This document shows, in pieces, positions 1-15,305 of a stretch of 64,000 bases of DNA (positions are counted from its first letter, which is position 1; the number at the start of each line of letters is the position of its first letter). The stretch lies in the NCBI RefSeq assembly GCF_009914755.1, contig NC_060938.1. The stretch is one strand, 5' to 3'. The position numbers and the translations under genes are program-made. The notes below the pieces were generated by a model. That model ran no database searches. It saw only the letters and a program-made list of their open reading frames with translations, and had not been told where the DNA came from. This DNA is from the human T2T-CHM13v2.0 reference genome, Homo sapiens.

Positions 1-262
1 GATGCATATTTGCTAGGAAATCAAATAATTTAAAAGCTACATTTATTCAGGCATTCTACAGAGCTCTGAGTAAGGAGCAACATATTAGGTACTGTGTCAA
101 GTTACCTAAGATGTAGAAATCATCTCCCCACAAATGCAAAGATGACAAATTAAAGCCAGAGAACTCCTGCTTTTTAAACACCTTATGGTGAGGAGTAATA
201 AAAGGATTTTTTCTTCCATCTATATATTGAGTAAATCGTTTCATATTGATTGTTTTGTGATA

Positions 263-1581
263 TGAAAGACAGCTTCACAAAGTTAGTGGAAAAATAGAAT
301 TATAAGATGAAAATTTAAAAAAACAAAAAACTTTATTTCTCAGCATAAGCTCCATCAATTTCAAGATACCCTTGTAAGCAATACCAGCCATTAAGTTCAT
401 CCCTAAAGAACTAAGAGTCCTGGGAATTTAACCATTTCAATGCTGTCTCTCTCTCTTTCTCTCTCTCTCTATTTTTATTTTTTGCATTATTAACTGAAAG
501 AAAATAAGCACACTTTACAGATTTTTTTTAAATTAGGAAACAAAAAGAAGTTAGAAGGAACCACCAAGTTAGGACTAAAAGGTGGATGCCTAATAACTTC
601 CCATTAAAACTCACAAAGTTGCTCTTATTTGATGAGAGGAATGAGCAGAAGTACTGTCACAGCAGAGAATGACTCTCTGGTAAAGCTTTCCTGAGTGATT
701 TTCTGCTAAAGCTGTGGATAACTTGCTCAAAACAGTCTCATAATAAGCAGATGTTACTATTCTTTGGCCCTCCAGAAAGTCAGCAAGCAAAATGCCTTGA
801 GCAATTCATAAGAAATGTTGTCATGCCCTTTGCTCTTGACTGGCCTGCATTTGTTTAGACTGAATCACTTCCACCTCTTGATAACCATTGTTTTGATTGT
901 GCTTTGTCTTCAAGATCCTACTGGTAAAGCTGTGTTTCATCTTCTGTTACAACTCTTTGAAGAAATGTTTCAAACATCTTGATCCCACTTGTTTAAAATT
1001 TCCGTTGAAAGTGCCGCTCTTGTCTGCAGTTGATCTGGGCATAAAGGTTTTGGTACCCATGGAGAGGAGAGTTTGCTCAACTTTAATTTTTCATTCAGAA
1101 TTCTGTAAGCTGAACCAATTGAGATGTCCATGGTGTTGCGTATTGTTTTTGCTATTGTCAGTCTTCTTCAATTAGGACACGAAAAAGATTAATCTTTCTT
1201 TGCAAATCGAAGTGGTTGGTTTGCTGCTGCAGGCTTCATTTTCAACATTGTCTCATTCCTTCTTAAAACAAGTTATCCATTTGTAAAGTGTTGATTTGGA
1301 TGGGGGCATTGTCCCATAAACCTTTCATAAAGGATTAATGATTTTGCCATTCTTCCACACACATTTTTCCATAAATGTGAAGCTTGTTCATGTTTTAATT
1401 TTAGCGGAATTTATGTTGCTCTAGTAGAAGATCTTTTCGATAGATGCTATATTCTTAGTGCCTCAGATTAGATCCTGTTCAGACATGTTATAACTTAGAA
1501 TGAGTTTATTTTGGTGCAAAAAAAAAAAAAAAAAAGAGGCCCATGCATAGTTTTTTTCATGAACTTTTTAAAGACCCCTCA
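263..1581 (-). mobile_element. Hsmar2 (HSMAR2) mariner DNA transposon, near full length
   Basis: The right end is the reverse complement of the Hsmar2 5' end (GAGGGGTCTTTAAAAAGTTCATG...CTATGCATGG...TTTTGCACCAAAATAAACTC). The left end is a degenerate TIR following TA at 261-262. Length is about 1.3 kb and a decayed transposase lies inside. Confidence 0.92.
333..1413 (-). pseudogene. Hsmar2 transposase pseudogene
   Basis: Minus-strand translation gives (M>I)NSAKI at about 1413, VVTEDETQLYQ (about 920-952), QRVILCCDSTSAHS (about 640-680), HPPFSPNL..PSNFFL (about 545-590) and the C-terminus LQGYLEIDGAYAEK* ending at 333. It is disrupted by stops and a (CT)n expansion at about 446-470. Confidence 0.88.
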
Positions 1582-3199
1582 CAGAACACTTGGCTCACCA
1601 CAGGGGTTTCTACTAATAACCAGAAAACACAAGCAAAAAGTATTGCTGTACAACATATATACTTATTAATGTTTTATTATGTATTGATTGTTAGTCTGCA
1701 AAGAGTAGAGACCAAGTTATTTCATCTCTGCATCCTTCAGTACCAAGTATATAGCAAAGTTGACAGAAGTTGCTGGGTGAGCATATGTGAGGTGAATACT
1801 CTAACAATTTCCTGGGACCAATCCTGAAATGAAAGTATGGGTATTTAAGATGCTTTAGTGACACATTCCAAGAATTAATGTCAAATGTTAACCTAATTCC
1901 AAACGTGAATTCAAATCTCAATAATTTGCTATTTTTGGCTCACTTTAGTAACTTTTTTTCTGGTGTTTTAAGACATCTACTACTTTCAGCATTTACCATA
2001 GCACGTAGTTCAATTCTGCTAGTAGTTCCTTTTACTATGGTTCAGATTTTATACCTGGACTCCAGTTCCGGAGATCCAAATGTTGAAAACAGAAGCCCCT
2101 GAGATTTTCTTGCCTGTTTCTTGGTAAGGAATGGGGATCCTGTCTCTGAAACTTGATCTGTTATTTGCAGCCCCAGTATCTATAGCCAGCTCCTTGATGA
2201 GGAGAGCCTATTTAGCCTAATTTTTAATTTAGGTGATCCATATAATAATTGTTCCATTCTTGTCTCCTATTGAGATCTCCCACAGTCTCATTATGCACTT
2301 ATATTATTAAATACATGGCTGACTGATCCTGCTGCTGCCATTTCAATTTGGATAACAAACTGCCTGTCACAGAAAATCTTTTTGCAACTCCTAAATATGG
2401 TGATTTCCACATTCGAACCCCTTGCAGTTTTCCTACCCAACTTAAATTACTTTTCCTTCTCAGTTTTTACTAACATGTTCACATTTAAGAAATTTAAACT
2501 AATTCATTGGCCAGCCTACTGAGAAGTATTTATAAGAAGATATTTATGGAAACTTTATTATAATAGGTTTATTATATGTAAGCTAATTTATGTTAATGTT
2601 ATCTCAATTTTCATATAAGGTGTTATAGACATTGAATTCTTCAAATATTTATATCTGTTATTTGAAGGAGTACTCTTTGAGAAAGAGAATCACAAATAGA
2701 ATTACCCATCCAGTCATTTCTGAAACAGAAAGAAAAATTGGGTTTTTGTATTACTGAAAGAAGATTGTAGACTGATAATGGATATCTTTATATTCCCCAC
2801 CATTTTTGTGATTTGCTAGTACTTCAATCACGATTGTAATTTATTTTTCTCTAACTATTGAAACAAATCAATATTCTCTCTGAAAACAATTTTCAAACTC
2901 CCTATTTAGTCTTACCTGACTCTATCAAATTACTTTTCCCTCTATCTACTTTATTTCCAAATCATTACATCGAGCATTTGAGTCAAAATATATCTTCCTA
3001 TTTAGGTATTCTAATTAAATTAAAACTGCCTTTATTTCATTTTCTAAGAGCAAGCAACCTTTTCAAACTTCTTATAGATAGTTGCACGTAGACATTATTA
3101 ACATATATGTCATCCATCTTACCAAATTTCCTGAGAACCCTTTCATGACCATCAAGACATCTAAAGGAACTCCTACCTCATTATTTCCCAGCTTAAGGC

Positions 3200-3630
3200 T
3201 TTGTTTGTTTACAGTCAATACCAGTCTTATCTACAATAAGTTTTAGAAGAGCAAATAACTTTGCCTGTTTTGCTCTCATTTTATTCTTGGCATCTGGTTA
3301 ATTTACTGGTATATAGTACGTGATTAGTAAATATCTATTGTACAGATCAGTGAGTGTGAGCAGTAGTGAACTAACACTATGCTTTGTAATTCATCATATC
3401 CTGAGGGTGCACCATAGATTTCACATGATAAATTTTTAAAGAACAAATTATAAGTAATTTATTTGTGTGTGAAATTCGTGAAGGAGTAGAATTTGATCAC
3501 ATAATTTTTATTACAGGATACATTCTTCTGAAAGCAGTAATCCAGTCTTTGACCTTCTGTTACTAAAACACAAGTGCTTTTCACATAGTAGGCACTTAAA
3601 AAACGTATTTTCATGATGGATGATAAGTAA
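3200..3630 (+). mobile_element. Degenerate L2 3' end fragments
   Basis: Two L2-type tails (...CATAGTAGGCACTTAAAAA..ATTT..TGATGGATGA-like) ending near 3360 and 3630. Confidence 0.5.
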
Positions 3631-4612
3631 ATATGACAATACAAGTAATATATTATTTATGAAATATTATGTAAGAGTCAAGAACTCTTACATTTGACAC
3701 AAATCATGTATGAAGGAAACTAGAGTAGTCTGATATAAATTCAATTCAACCTTGACTAAAAAAAAGTCAAAAAACTTTCTCTTTTACCTTAATAATAAGC
3801 ATAGCACAATAATTTGGAACAAAAAATAAACACTAATATGCAGAAAATTTTCAACTTTTTATTTATATGAGAGTAAAAATCTATAAAGGCCTAACATTTA
3901 AGCAAATGGACCCAGTTCAAACAGCTCATGGAAAGAATATTACAGGTCACGATAGGCAGTGGAGCAATTGATTTTTCCAGAAAAAGAATGCATGCATACA
4001 TATTACTTGTGCATGTTTGATAGAATATTTTCACAGTTCATGTATAATCGCAGCAATAGACAAGTGGTTGGAGGTTTCCCAGACGCTGGTACAATTTTAT
4101 TTAAAAAGTATGATTGAATTATTATTTTTGGACTTAACTGAGATGCTTTACTATAACAGTGACAATTTACACATTGTTTGTGCCTTCAACAAACCGTTAG
4201 ATGTAAATGATTTCCCATACTATAATTTTTAATGCAGAAAGATTTATCATCTGATTGCATGAGATTGGCAACTTATCAGCAAATAAAACATAAAAAGCTT
4301 AAATTCAGTTATTTTATGCACAATTTCAAGTAGGCTAAATTAGATGTAATTAGCAGTACAGTAGGTATTCCAAAGTTTTTTTTTTTCTTTTTTTTTTTTA
4401 ATTATACTTTAAGTTTTAGGATACATGTGCACATTGTGCAGGTTAGTTACATATGTATACGTGTGCCATGCTGGTGCACTGCACCCACTAACTCGTCATC
4501 TAGCATTAGGTATATCTCCCAATGCTACCCCGACCCCCTCCCTCCTCCCCCCACCCCACAACACTCCCCAGAGTGTGATATTCCCCTTCCTGTGTCCATG
4601 TGATCTCATTGT

Positions 4613-8436
<3,824 letters not shown>

Positions 8437-8499
8437 TATGATGTTAGCTGGTGATTTTGCTCGTTAGTTGATGCAGTTTCTTCCTAGTCTTGATGGTCT

Positions 8500-9514
8500 T
8501 TACATTGTGGCATGATTTTGCAGTGGCTGGTACCAGTTGTTCCTTTCCATGTTTAGTACTTCCTTCAGGAGCTCTTTTAGGGCAGGCCTGGTGGTGACAA
8601 AATCTCTCAGCATTTGCTTGTCTGTAAAGTATTTTATTTATCCTTCGCTTATGAAGCTTAGTTTGGCTGGATATGAAATTCTGGGTTGAAAATTCTTTTC
8701 TTTAAGAATGTTGAATATTGGCCCCCACTCTCTTCTGGCTTGTAGGGTTTCTGCCAAGAGATCCACTGTTAGTCTGATGGGCTTCCCTTTGAGGGTAACC
8801 CGACCTTTCTCTCTGGCTGCCCTTAACATTTTTTCCTTCATTTCAACTTTGGTGAATCTGACAATTATGTGTCTTAGAGTTGCTCTTCTCGAGGAGTATC
8901 TTTGTGGCGTTCTCTGTATTTCCTGAATCTGAACGTTGGCCTGCCTTGCTAGATTGGGGAAGTTCTCCTGGATAATATCCTGCAGAGTGTTTCCCAACTT
9001 GGTTCCATTCTCCCCATCACTTTCAGGTACACCAATCAGACGTAGATTTGGTCTTTTCACATAGTCCCATATTTCTTGGAGGCTTTGCTCATTTCTTTCT
9101 ATTCTTTTTTCTCTAAACTTCCCTTCTCACTTCATTTCATTCATTTCATCTTCCATCGCTGATACCCTTTCTTCCAGTTGATCGCATCGGCTCCTGAGGC
9201 TTCTGCATTCTTCACGTAGTTCTCGAGCCTTGGTTTTCAGCTCCATCAGCTCCTTTAAGCACTTCTCTGTATTGGTTATTCTAGTTATACATTCTTCTAA
9301 ATTTTTTTCAAAGTTTTCTACTTCTTTGCCTTTGGTTTGAATGTCCTCCCGTAGCTCAGAGTAATTTGATCATCTGAAGCCTTCTTCTCAGCTCGTCAAA
9401 GTCATTCTCCATCCAGCTTTGTTCCGTTGCTGGTGAGGAACTGCGTTCCTTTGGAGGAGGAGAGGCACTCTGCTTTTTAGAGTTTCCAGTTTTTCTGTTC
9501 TGTTTTTTCCCCAT
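8500..9514 (-). pseudogene. L1 ORF1p, disrupted
   Basis: ATG GGG AAA AAA CAG starts at 9514 and the native stop is at 8500-8502. A 2-nt deletion near 9388 and a premature stop at 8638 break it. The ORF-track fragment KRPNLRLIGVPE...REKGRVTLKG matches ORF1p. Confidence 0.95.
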
Positions 9515-10408
9515 CTTTGTGGTTTTATCTACTTTTGGTCTTTGATGATGGTGATATACAGATGGGTTTTTGGTGTGGATGTCCTTTCTGTTTGTTAGTT
9601 TTCCTTCTAACAGACAGGACCCTCAGCTGCAGGTCTGTTGGAACACCCTGCAGTGTGAGGTGTCAGTGTGCCCCTGCTGGGGGGTGCCTCCCAGTTAGGC
9701 TGCTCAGGGGTCAGGGACCCACTTGAGGAGGCAGTCTGCCCGTTCTCAGATCTCCAGCTGCGTGCTGGGAGAACCACTGCTCTCTTCAAAGCTGTCAGAC
9801 AGGGACATTTAAGTCTGCAGAGGTTACTGCTGTCTTTTTGTTTGTCTGTGCCCTGCCCCCAGAGGTGGAGCCTACAGAGGCAGGCAGGCCTCCTTGAGCT
9901 GTGGTGGGCTCCACCCAGTTCGAGCTTCCTGGCTGCTTTGTTTACCTACGGGAGCCTGGGCAATGGCGGGCGCCCCTCCCCCAGCCTCCCTGCCGCCTTG
10001 CAGTTTGATCTCAGACTGCTGTGCTAGCAATCAGCGAGACTCCGTGGGCGTAAGACCCTCCGAGCCAGGTGCGGGATATAATCTCGTGGTGCACCGTTTT
10101 TTCAGCCCGTCGGAAAAGCGCAGTATTCAGGTGGGAGTGATCTGATTTTCCAGGTGCCGTCCGTCACCCCTTTCTTTGACTGGGAAAGGGAACTCCCTGA
10201 CCCCTTGTGCTTCCCAAGTGAGGCAATGCCTCACCCTGCTTCGGCTCGCGCAAGGTGCGTGCACCCACTGACCTGCGCCCACTGTCTGGCGCTCCCTAGT
10301 GAGATGAACCCGGTACCTCAGATGGAAATGCAGAAATCACCGTCTTCTGGCGTCGCTCACGCTGGGAGCTGTAGACCGGAGCTGTTCCTATTCGGCCATC
10401 TTGGCTCC
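9515..10408 (-). promoter_or_regulatory. L1 5' UTR: internal sense promoter (YY1 site) and antisense promoter firing on the + strand
   Basis: CpG-rich L1PA 5' UTR with an intact YY1 motif CAAGATGGCCG (GGCCATCTTG at 10394-10403 on +). The antisense promoter is established for this family; activity at this copy is untested. Confidence 0.8.
9963..10145 (+). pseudogene. ORF0: L1 ORF0, truncated to 60 aa
   Basis: MAGAPPPASLPPCSLISDCCASNQRDSVGV... begins at GCAATGG in a strong Kozak context. A premature TGA at 10143-10145 replaces an Arg codon of the 71-aa ORF0. Confidence 0.8.
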
Positions 10409-10712
10409 AAAATCCAGGTATTCCAAAGTTAATTTTTTAAATACTTTGGGAAGAATCTACCAGTGTTTCCAAAGCTGTGAGTCGTGTCTACTAGTTGTTT
10501 TTTTGTTTTCCTCCAAATGTTTCAGATGACATTCACGTGAAAATATATTCTAGGAATTCTATCACTCCCAATAATTAGAGCAAAATAGAGTAAAATTGTG
10601 CAATTTCTTTTTTGTCTATACAGAATTTATGAGGTAGTCAATTATAAAAAACTCCGTTACAATAATATTGTTGATATAACAACATTATATGTTTTTCAAA
10701 ATCACCCATTCC

Positions 10713-10972
10713 CTTTAGGAGGCCAAGGCGGGTGGATCACCTGAGGTCAGGAGTCCGAGACCAGCCTGGCCAACATGGTGAAACCCCATCTCTACTAATA
10801 ATACAAAAAAATTAGCGAGCAGTGGTGGCGCATGCTTGTAATCCCAACTACTCAGAGGCTGAGGCAGGAGAATCGCTTCAACTCAGGAGGCAGAGATTGC
10901 AGTGAGCAGAGGTCACGCGGTTGTACTCCAGCCTGGACAACAAGAGTGACACTCTGTTTAAAAAAAAAAAAA
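10713..10972 (+). mobile_element. AluS (Sq-like), slightly 5' truncated
   Basis: GGATCACCTGAGGTCAGGAG...CAACAAGAG followed by an A tail. Confidence 0.92.
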
Positions 10973-11329
10973 TCTTTGATAGGGAATTTTGAATTTGATA
11001 TGTCTGGTGATTACTGAAAATCAGCAGTCATTAAAAATATTTCTAATAGATATTCTTAAGAGATTTCTAGACATTAACAAGAAGAAAGTTTTGCTATATT
11101 TTTTAAAACTAGATCCAGGATTAGAGGAGATAGTACTAGTCTCCTCTAGTGTGAAAGGTCTCAGAAGAGAATCCTGTAGTTTTTCTGCTTATTTAACTTG
11201 GCCATATTCCTCCTATGGGCTTCTCTGCTTTTCAGACCCTTTCTCATGCACTTCAGATTCTGTGACACAGCTGATAACCTCTCTAATTTGTTTCTCGCAT
11301 TTACACCGATGTAGTACATTTAAGTAAAC

Positions 11330-11484
11330 AGAAAAAGAAAGATGAAAGGGAGGAGAAAAGGATGGGGGTGGAAAAGAGGGAGGGAGGAAGGAAGAGAGGA
11401 AGGAAAGAAGGAAGGAGGGAAGGAAGGAGGGAGGGAGGGAGGGAGGCAGGGAAGGAAGGAAGGAAGGAAGAGAGAGAGAGAAAA
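11330..11484. repeat. GA-rich homopurine tract with (GGAA)n and (GGGA)n
   Basis: Seen directly: (GGGA)4 at 11429-11444 and (GGAA)5 at 11450-11469. Confidence 0.95.
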
Positions 11485-13026
11485 GTTGTTATTGGTTCTC
11501 TCACATATTATCCCCTCACAATATACTGAATAAAGTATTTCTGAGGTTACATATACTTCTTCAAACAATGGTGTGCTCTCATTGAAGCTAAGTTTCCTGT
11601 TCAAGAATAACCTGGGATAAAATAACCATATGATAGAATAGGACACATATTTAATAATCTGTTGTAAATTTGCTACCATGCACAATTGGTTAAATAATTT
11701 CCATAGGAACTGCAATGTTTTATTAATATAATACAGGACTAATTTTTCTTTAAAATTTATTTAACATGTTTAAAATAAGCAAGTTTTAGAGAACAGCTTT
11801 GTAATGTGAAATAAAGTTCTCATTTTTTAAGAACATTTTTCTCATATTAAGTTCTAAAATTTAAGTTTAGTGTTATAATAGATTAAGTCTTCAACCATCA
11901 CAATAAATAAAGCCATTACAATAGGTAAAATAAATTTATGTAAAGAAATGATTATCTGTAGAGTCTTACTTGCTGAAGAGTTTTAATCCACTAAGTACCT
12001 CTCATAACACATTCATTAGGATAAAAGAATATGAAATTATTTCCCAGGCAATCAAAATATGGTGAGTGATTCTATTCTCTAGAATCCACTTGTATAAATT
12101 TTATTTTTTGCAGTTGAAACTTTCAACCCAACCATCTGTTAGGATAAGTAGGATAAGGTTTTAATTACTTACAGCAATGCAATTATACCATTAATGTTCA
12201 GCTAAAATTGAGCCCATTCAATTTAATTAGCAATGCAGCTGTGAGAGAAAAAGGATGGGTTCTTTCAGATAGCCAACACAAGAAGTTATAATGGCTTGCT
12301 CTCTCTCTTTTTTTTTTTTGTAGTTCCCTGGCCTGCATAATTCCTATTCTACCTTACTATTCTTTGAATGTATGTGAGTGTATGCATACTTAATGTATGG
12401 TAGAGATATAATATGTACCGTTCCATATGTGTACATATGTACACACACATCACACACACATACAGTTTTTTTGGGAAAGCAAATCTCTTATTTGTGGCTA
12501 TTACTTTATATCTGCTCCACATATGGCATGAAAATGTAACTAATTCAACTCACTGTTAAGTCATCTTATGAAAATTAATGCTTATTTTAATAAATGCATT
12601 CTCAATACAGCAACTATGCTAGTCATGGGGTAAGGGGAAGATAAAAAATAACCATACTTTGAATATATCTAATGAATATATCTAATAAATATATTATGAA
12701 TATATCTAATCATCTGAAGATGCCTATAATCTATTTAGTGAAATGAGGCACTCATGTATAAAGCAGTTAAATGCAAAGGCAAGAATAATATTTTTAAAAC
12801 ACAGAGTAATTGAAAAAAATAAATATTGTGTGCCATATTTTGAAGGGTTAAAAATAATGTAAACTTGAGAAGAGCAAATATTACCCTGGACACTGGGCTT
12901 TTTCTAAGCTTCAAAAAAGGCTTTGGATATTGATAAGCATATAAATAAGGGAAAAGACTCTTTAGGTGAAGGAGGTGATTTAGGGAGTGGCTAGTGGATG
13001 TCCTGAAGACATAGATGAGTTCAAAG

Positions 13027-13450
13027 GGACATCATTGTGCTAAGTAAAATAAGCCAGACACAGAAAAATATATTGTATAATCTCACTTATATGTAAAATA
13101 TATAACAACACAAAGAGCTCAGATACACAGAGAAAGAGAATGAAACAGTGGTTACCACTGGTGGAGTTGGGGAAGGAAATGGGGAGATGTAGGTCAAAGG
13201 ACACAAAATTCCAGATATGTAGAATGAACAAGTTTAGAGATCTAATATACCACATAAAGTATAAAATTAATACAATTGTATTATATTAGGTATTTTTGTT
13301 AAATGGATTTTAGTCTTATACAAAATGTAGCTATGTCAAATGATAGCTATATTAATCTGCTTTCCTGTTGTAGCGGTTTTACTATCTTTATGTATCTATG
13401 AGATTATGTTGTAAACCTCAAATATAAATGAGACAATTTATTTTACAAAA
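13027..13450 (+). mobile_element. Old L1M (L1MA-class) 3' end
   Basis: CTAAGTAAAATAAGCCAGACACAGAAA...GGGGAGATGTAGGTCAAAGG...GTAAACCTCAAATATA is typical of an L1MA 3' UTR. Confidence 0.85.
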
Positions 13451-14010
13451 GAACAATCACCTGAAAAGAATCAATAAATAATTTAATGAGACATACAATG
13501 TAGTACAGTCATCATGAGCTAAGGCTTACTGGGGGAGGAAAGTCAGTCTAACTTGTTGAGTAAGCCAAATTCCATCACAGTTTTAAGCAAATAGATGTAT
13601 AAATTAAATAAAGAAAACCAGGAGCCAGGTCTTCCTGGATGAAAGGTCAGTGATGGGAAGTAATGAAGAGTACCCTGAATTAGAGAGGCTGAAACCATTC
13701 TGAGAACCATGAGAAAATGTTCTGCTTCCCTGAAGCTTTTGTAAAATAAACTCCTGAAACGTGCAGTTTATAATTCCTTTTCTTTGATCCTGCTAACACT
13801 TTTGTTTTCTAAATAGAAATATTTTTTAAATGTTAACACTCTGAGCATAAGGAAGGGATTAACAGTGTCATATCTCTGAGGTTCCTCCTATCAAATACCT
13901 CACAGTTGCTATAGCAATGTTTTTACAAGCAGAGCCATAAAGAGAGAAAACTGACATGTTTGGAGAATCGAGCAGGATTGTTAGAACTGGAGGACATAAG
14001 ATAAAATGAA

Positions 14011-14270
14011 GAGGCAGCATAGTGATGTGCTAAGAGCATGGAGTCTGGACAGGAACTGCCTGGGTTCAAATCCCAATAATAAGTAGCTATGTCAACTGGA
14101 AACTAGTAACTTAAACTCTCTATTGATAATTCTTCTTATCTGTAAAATAAGGAATATAATAGTACCTCATAGAGTTGTTGAAATAATTATGTGAATATTT
14201 TATGTAAAACTCTGAGAACACTGGCTTACACTATAGAATTATTATGCAAGTGCCAGCTGTTATTATTACC
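14011..14270 (+). mobile_element. MIR SINE, near full length
   Basis: GAGGCAGCATAGT...CTGCCTGGGTTCAAATCCCA...ATCTGTAAAATAAGG...TATTATTA. Confidence 0.88.
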
Positions 14271-15266
14271 AAAAAATCAATTTCACAACTATCATTCAAC
14301 TCGTAAGTGAATCCTCAGCAGTTTTTCTAATAACTAGCAAATTGTTTAACTTTGCATGTATCAGACCTAATGAGTATCACTACCAGTATCTAATTCCCAT
14401 GATAGCACTATGGCAATTATAACTTAAGTTTTACTAGTAAGTCCCATATAAGTTGAATTGTGTATTTAATTGTTATCTATATGTTATAATTTCTTGAAAC
14501 ATTCTGAACAAAATCTCTAATTATTTTAGGCATAGATCATAAAGTCAAATGGCCTTACGCACCAGATTCTTACCATAAATATGCAAAGCAGCAGGAATTA
14601 AAGCAATAGAGAAGGGCAGGGGCTATGGCCAAGTAAAGAGGATGTCTGTACCAACAGGCAATGAGATTTGGCTACATTAATTGTGTTTGTAGTTGAATTT
14701 GGCTATTGGAATACCAATTTATAGCCCCATTAGTGCAAAACTTATATCAAGAAATAAGAGCTTCTCTAGTATTTAGTTATCCATTATTGCTAAACTTTCC
14801 TCAAGACAAGAGGAATTGGTTTTTATATTATCCTTTTACTCTTCCATCAGGAAATAGGAACGTGTATAGAAAACTTGAAAGAAAATATTTAGCAATCTGT
14901 TTAACTCTCAATATAATATTTAATTAGAGGAAAGGAGCATAGAGGTAAACTTCTAAGAAAAGTTTGAGAATATGTAAATGCTTTTTGCATGTCACTGTTC
15001 ATAAAAAGAGAGGTTTGAAGAGTGAAAGGAGTAGCTGTGCAGATGATTCTTAACTTAGAATAAATTCAGCTCTCTGATGTTGACTATATTTCAAGCAGTA
15101 GGCTTGAAATTCCGAACCGACATGTACTGGGAAATGGAAATGGAGGGTAAAGTATGTGAAAGCTCCATTTTGGCTTGATACTGTGCCAGCCTCTCTTTTG
15201 ATGCCTTTTGATTTTTTATTTGTACATCTGGTGCCACTGACATTTATAAAGTGACCTCTTTCGCTT

Positions 15267-15270
<4 letters not shown>

Positions 15271-15303
<33 letters not shown>
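15271..15303. repeat. (CA)n microsatellite
   Basis: Perfect AC run of about 16 units. Confidence 0.98.

Positions 15304-15305
<2 letters not shown>

Noticed and set aside
897-1175. 92-aa + strand ORF
   Set aside because: It is the antisense reading of the Hsmar2 transposase remnant.
2047-2123. Possible + strand exon ending TTG|GTAAGG
   Set aside because: The acceptor is mediocre and there is no recognisable peptide, so it cannot be told from chance sites without RNA data.
11301-11715. Overlapping ORFs rich in PSFL or GRKE repeats
   Set aside because: They are translations of the GA-rich simple repeat.
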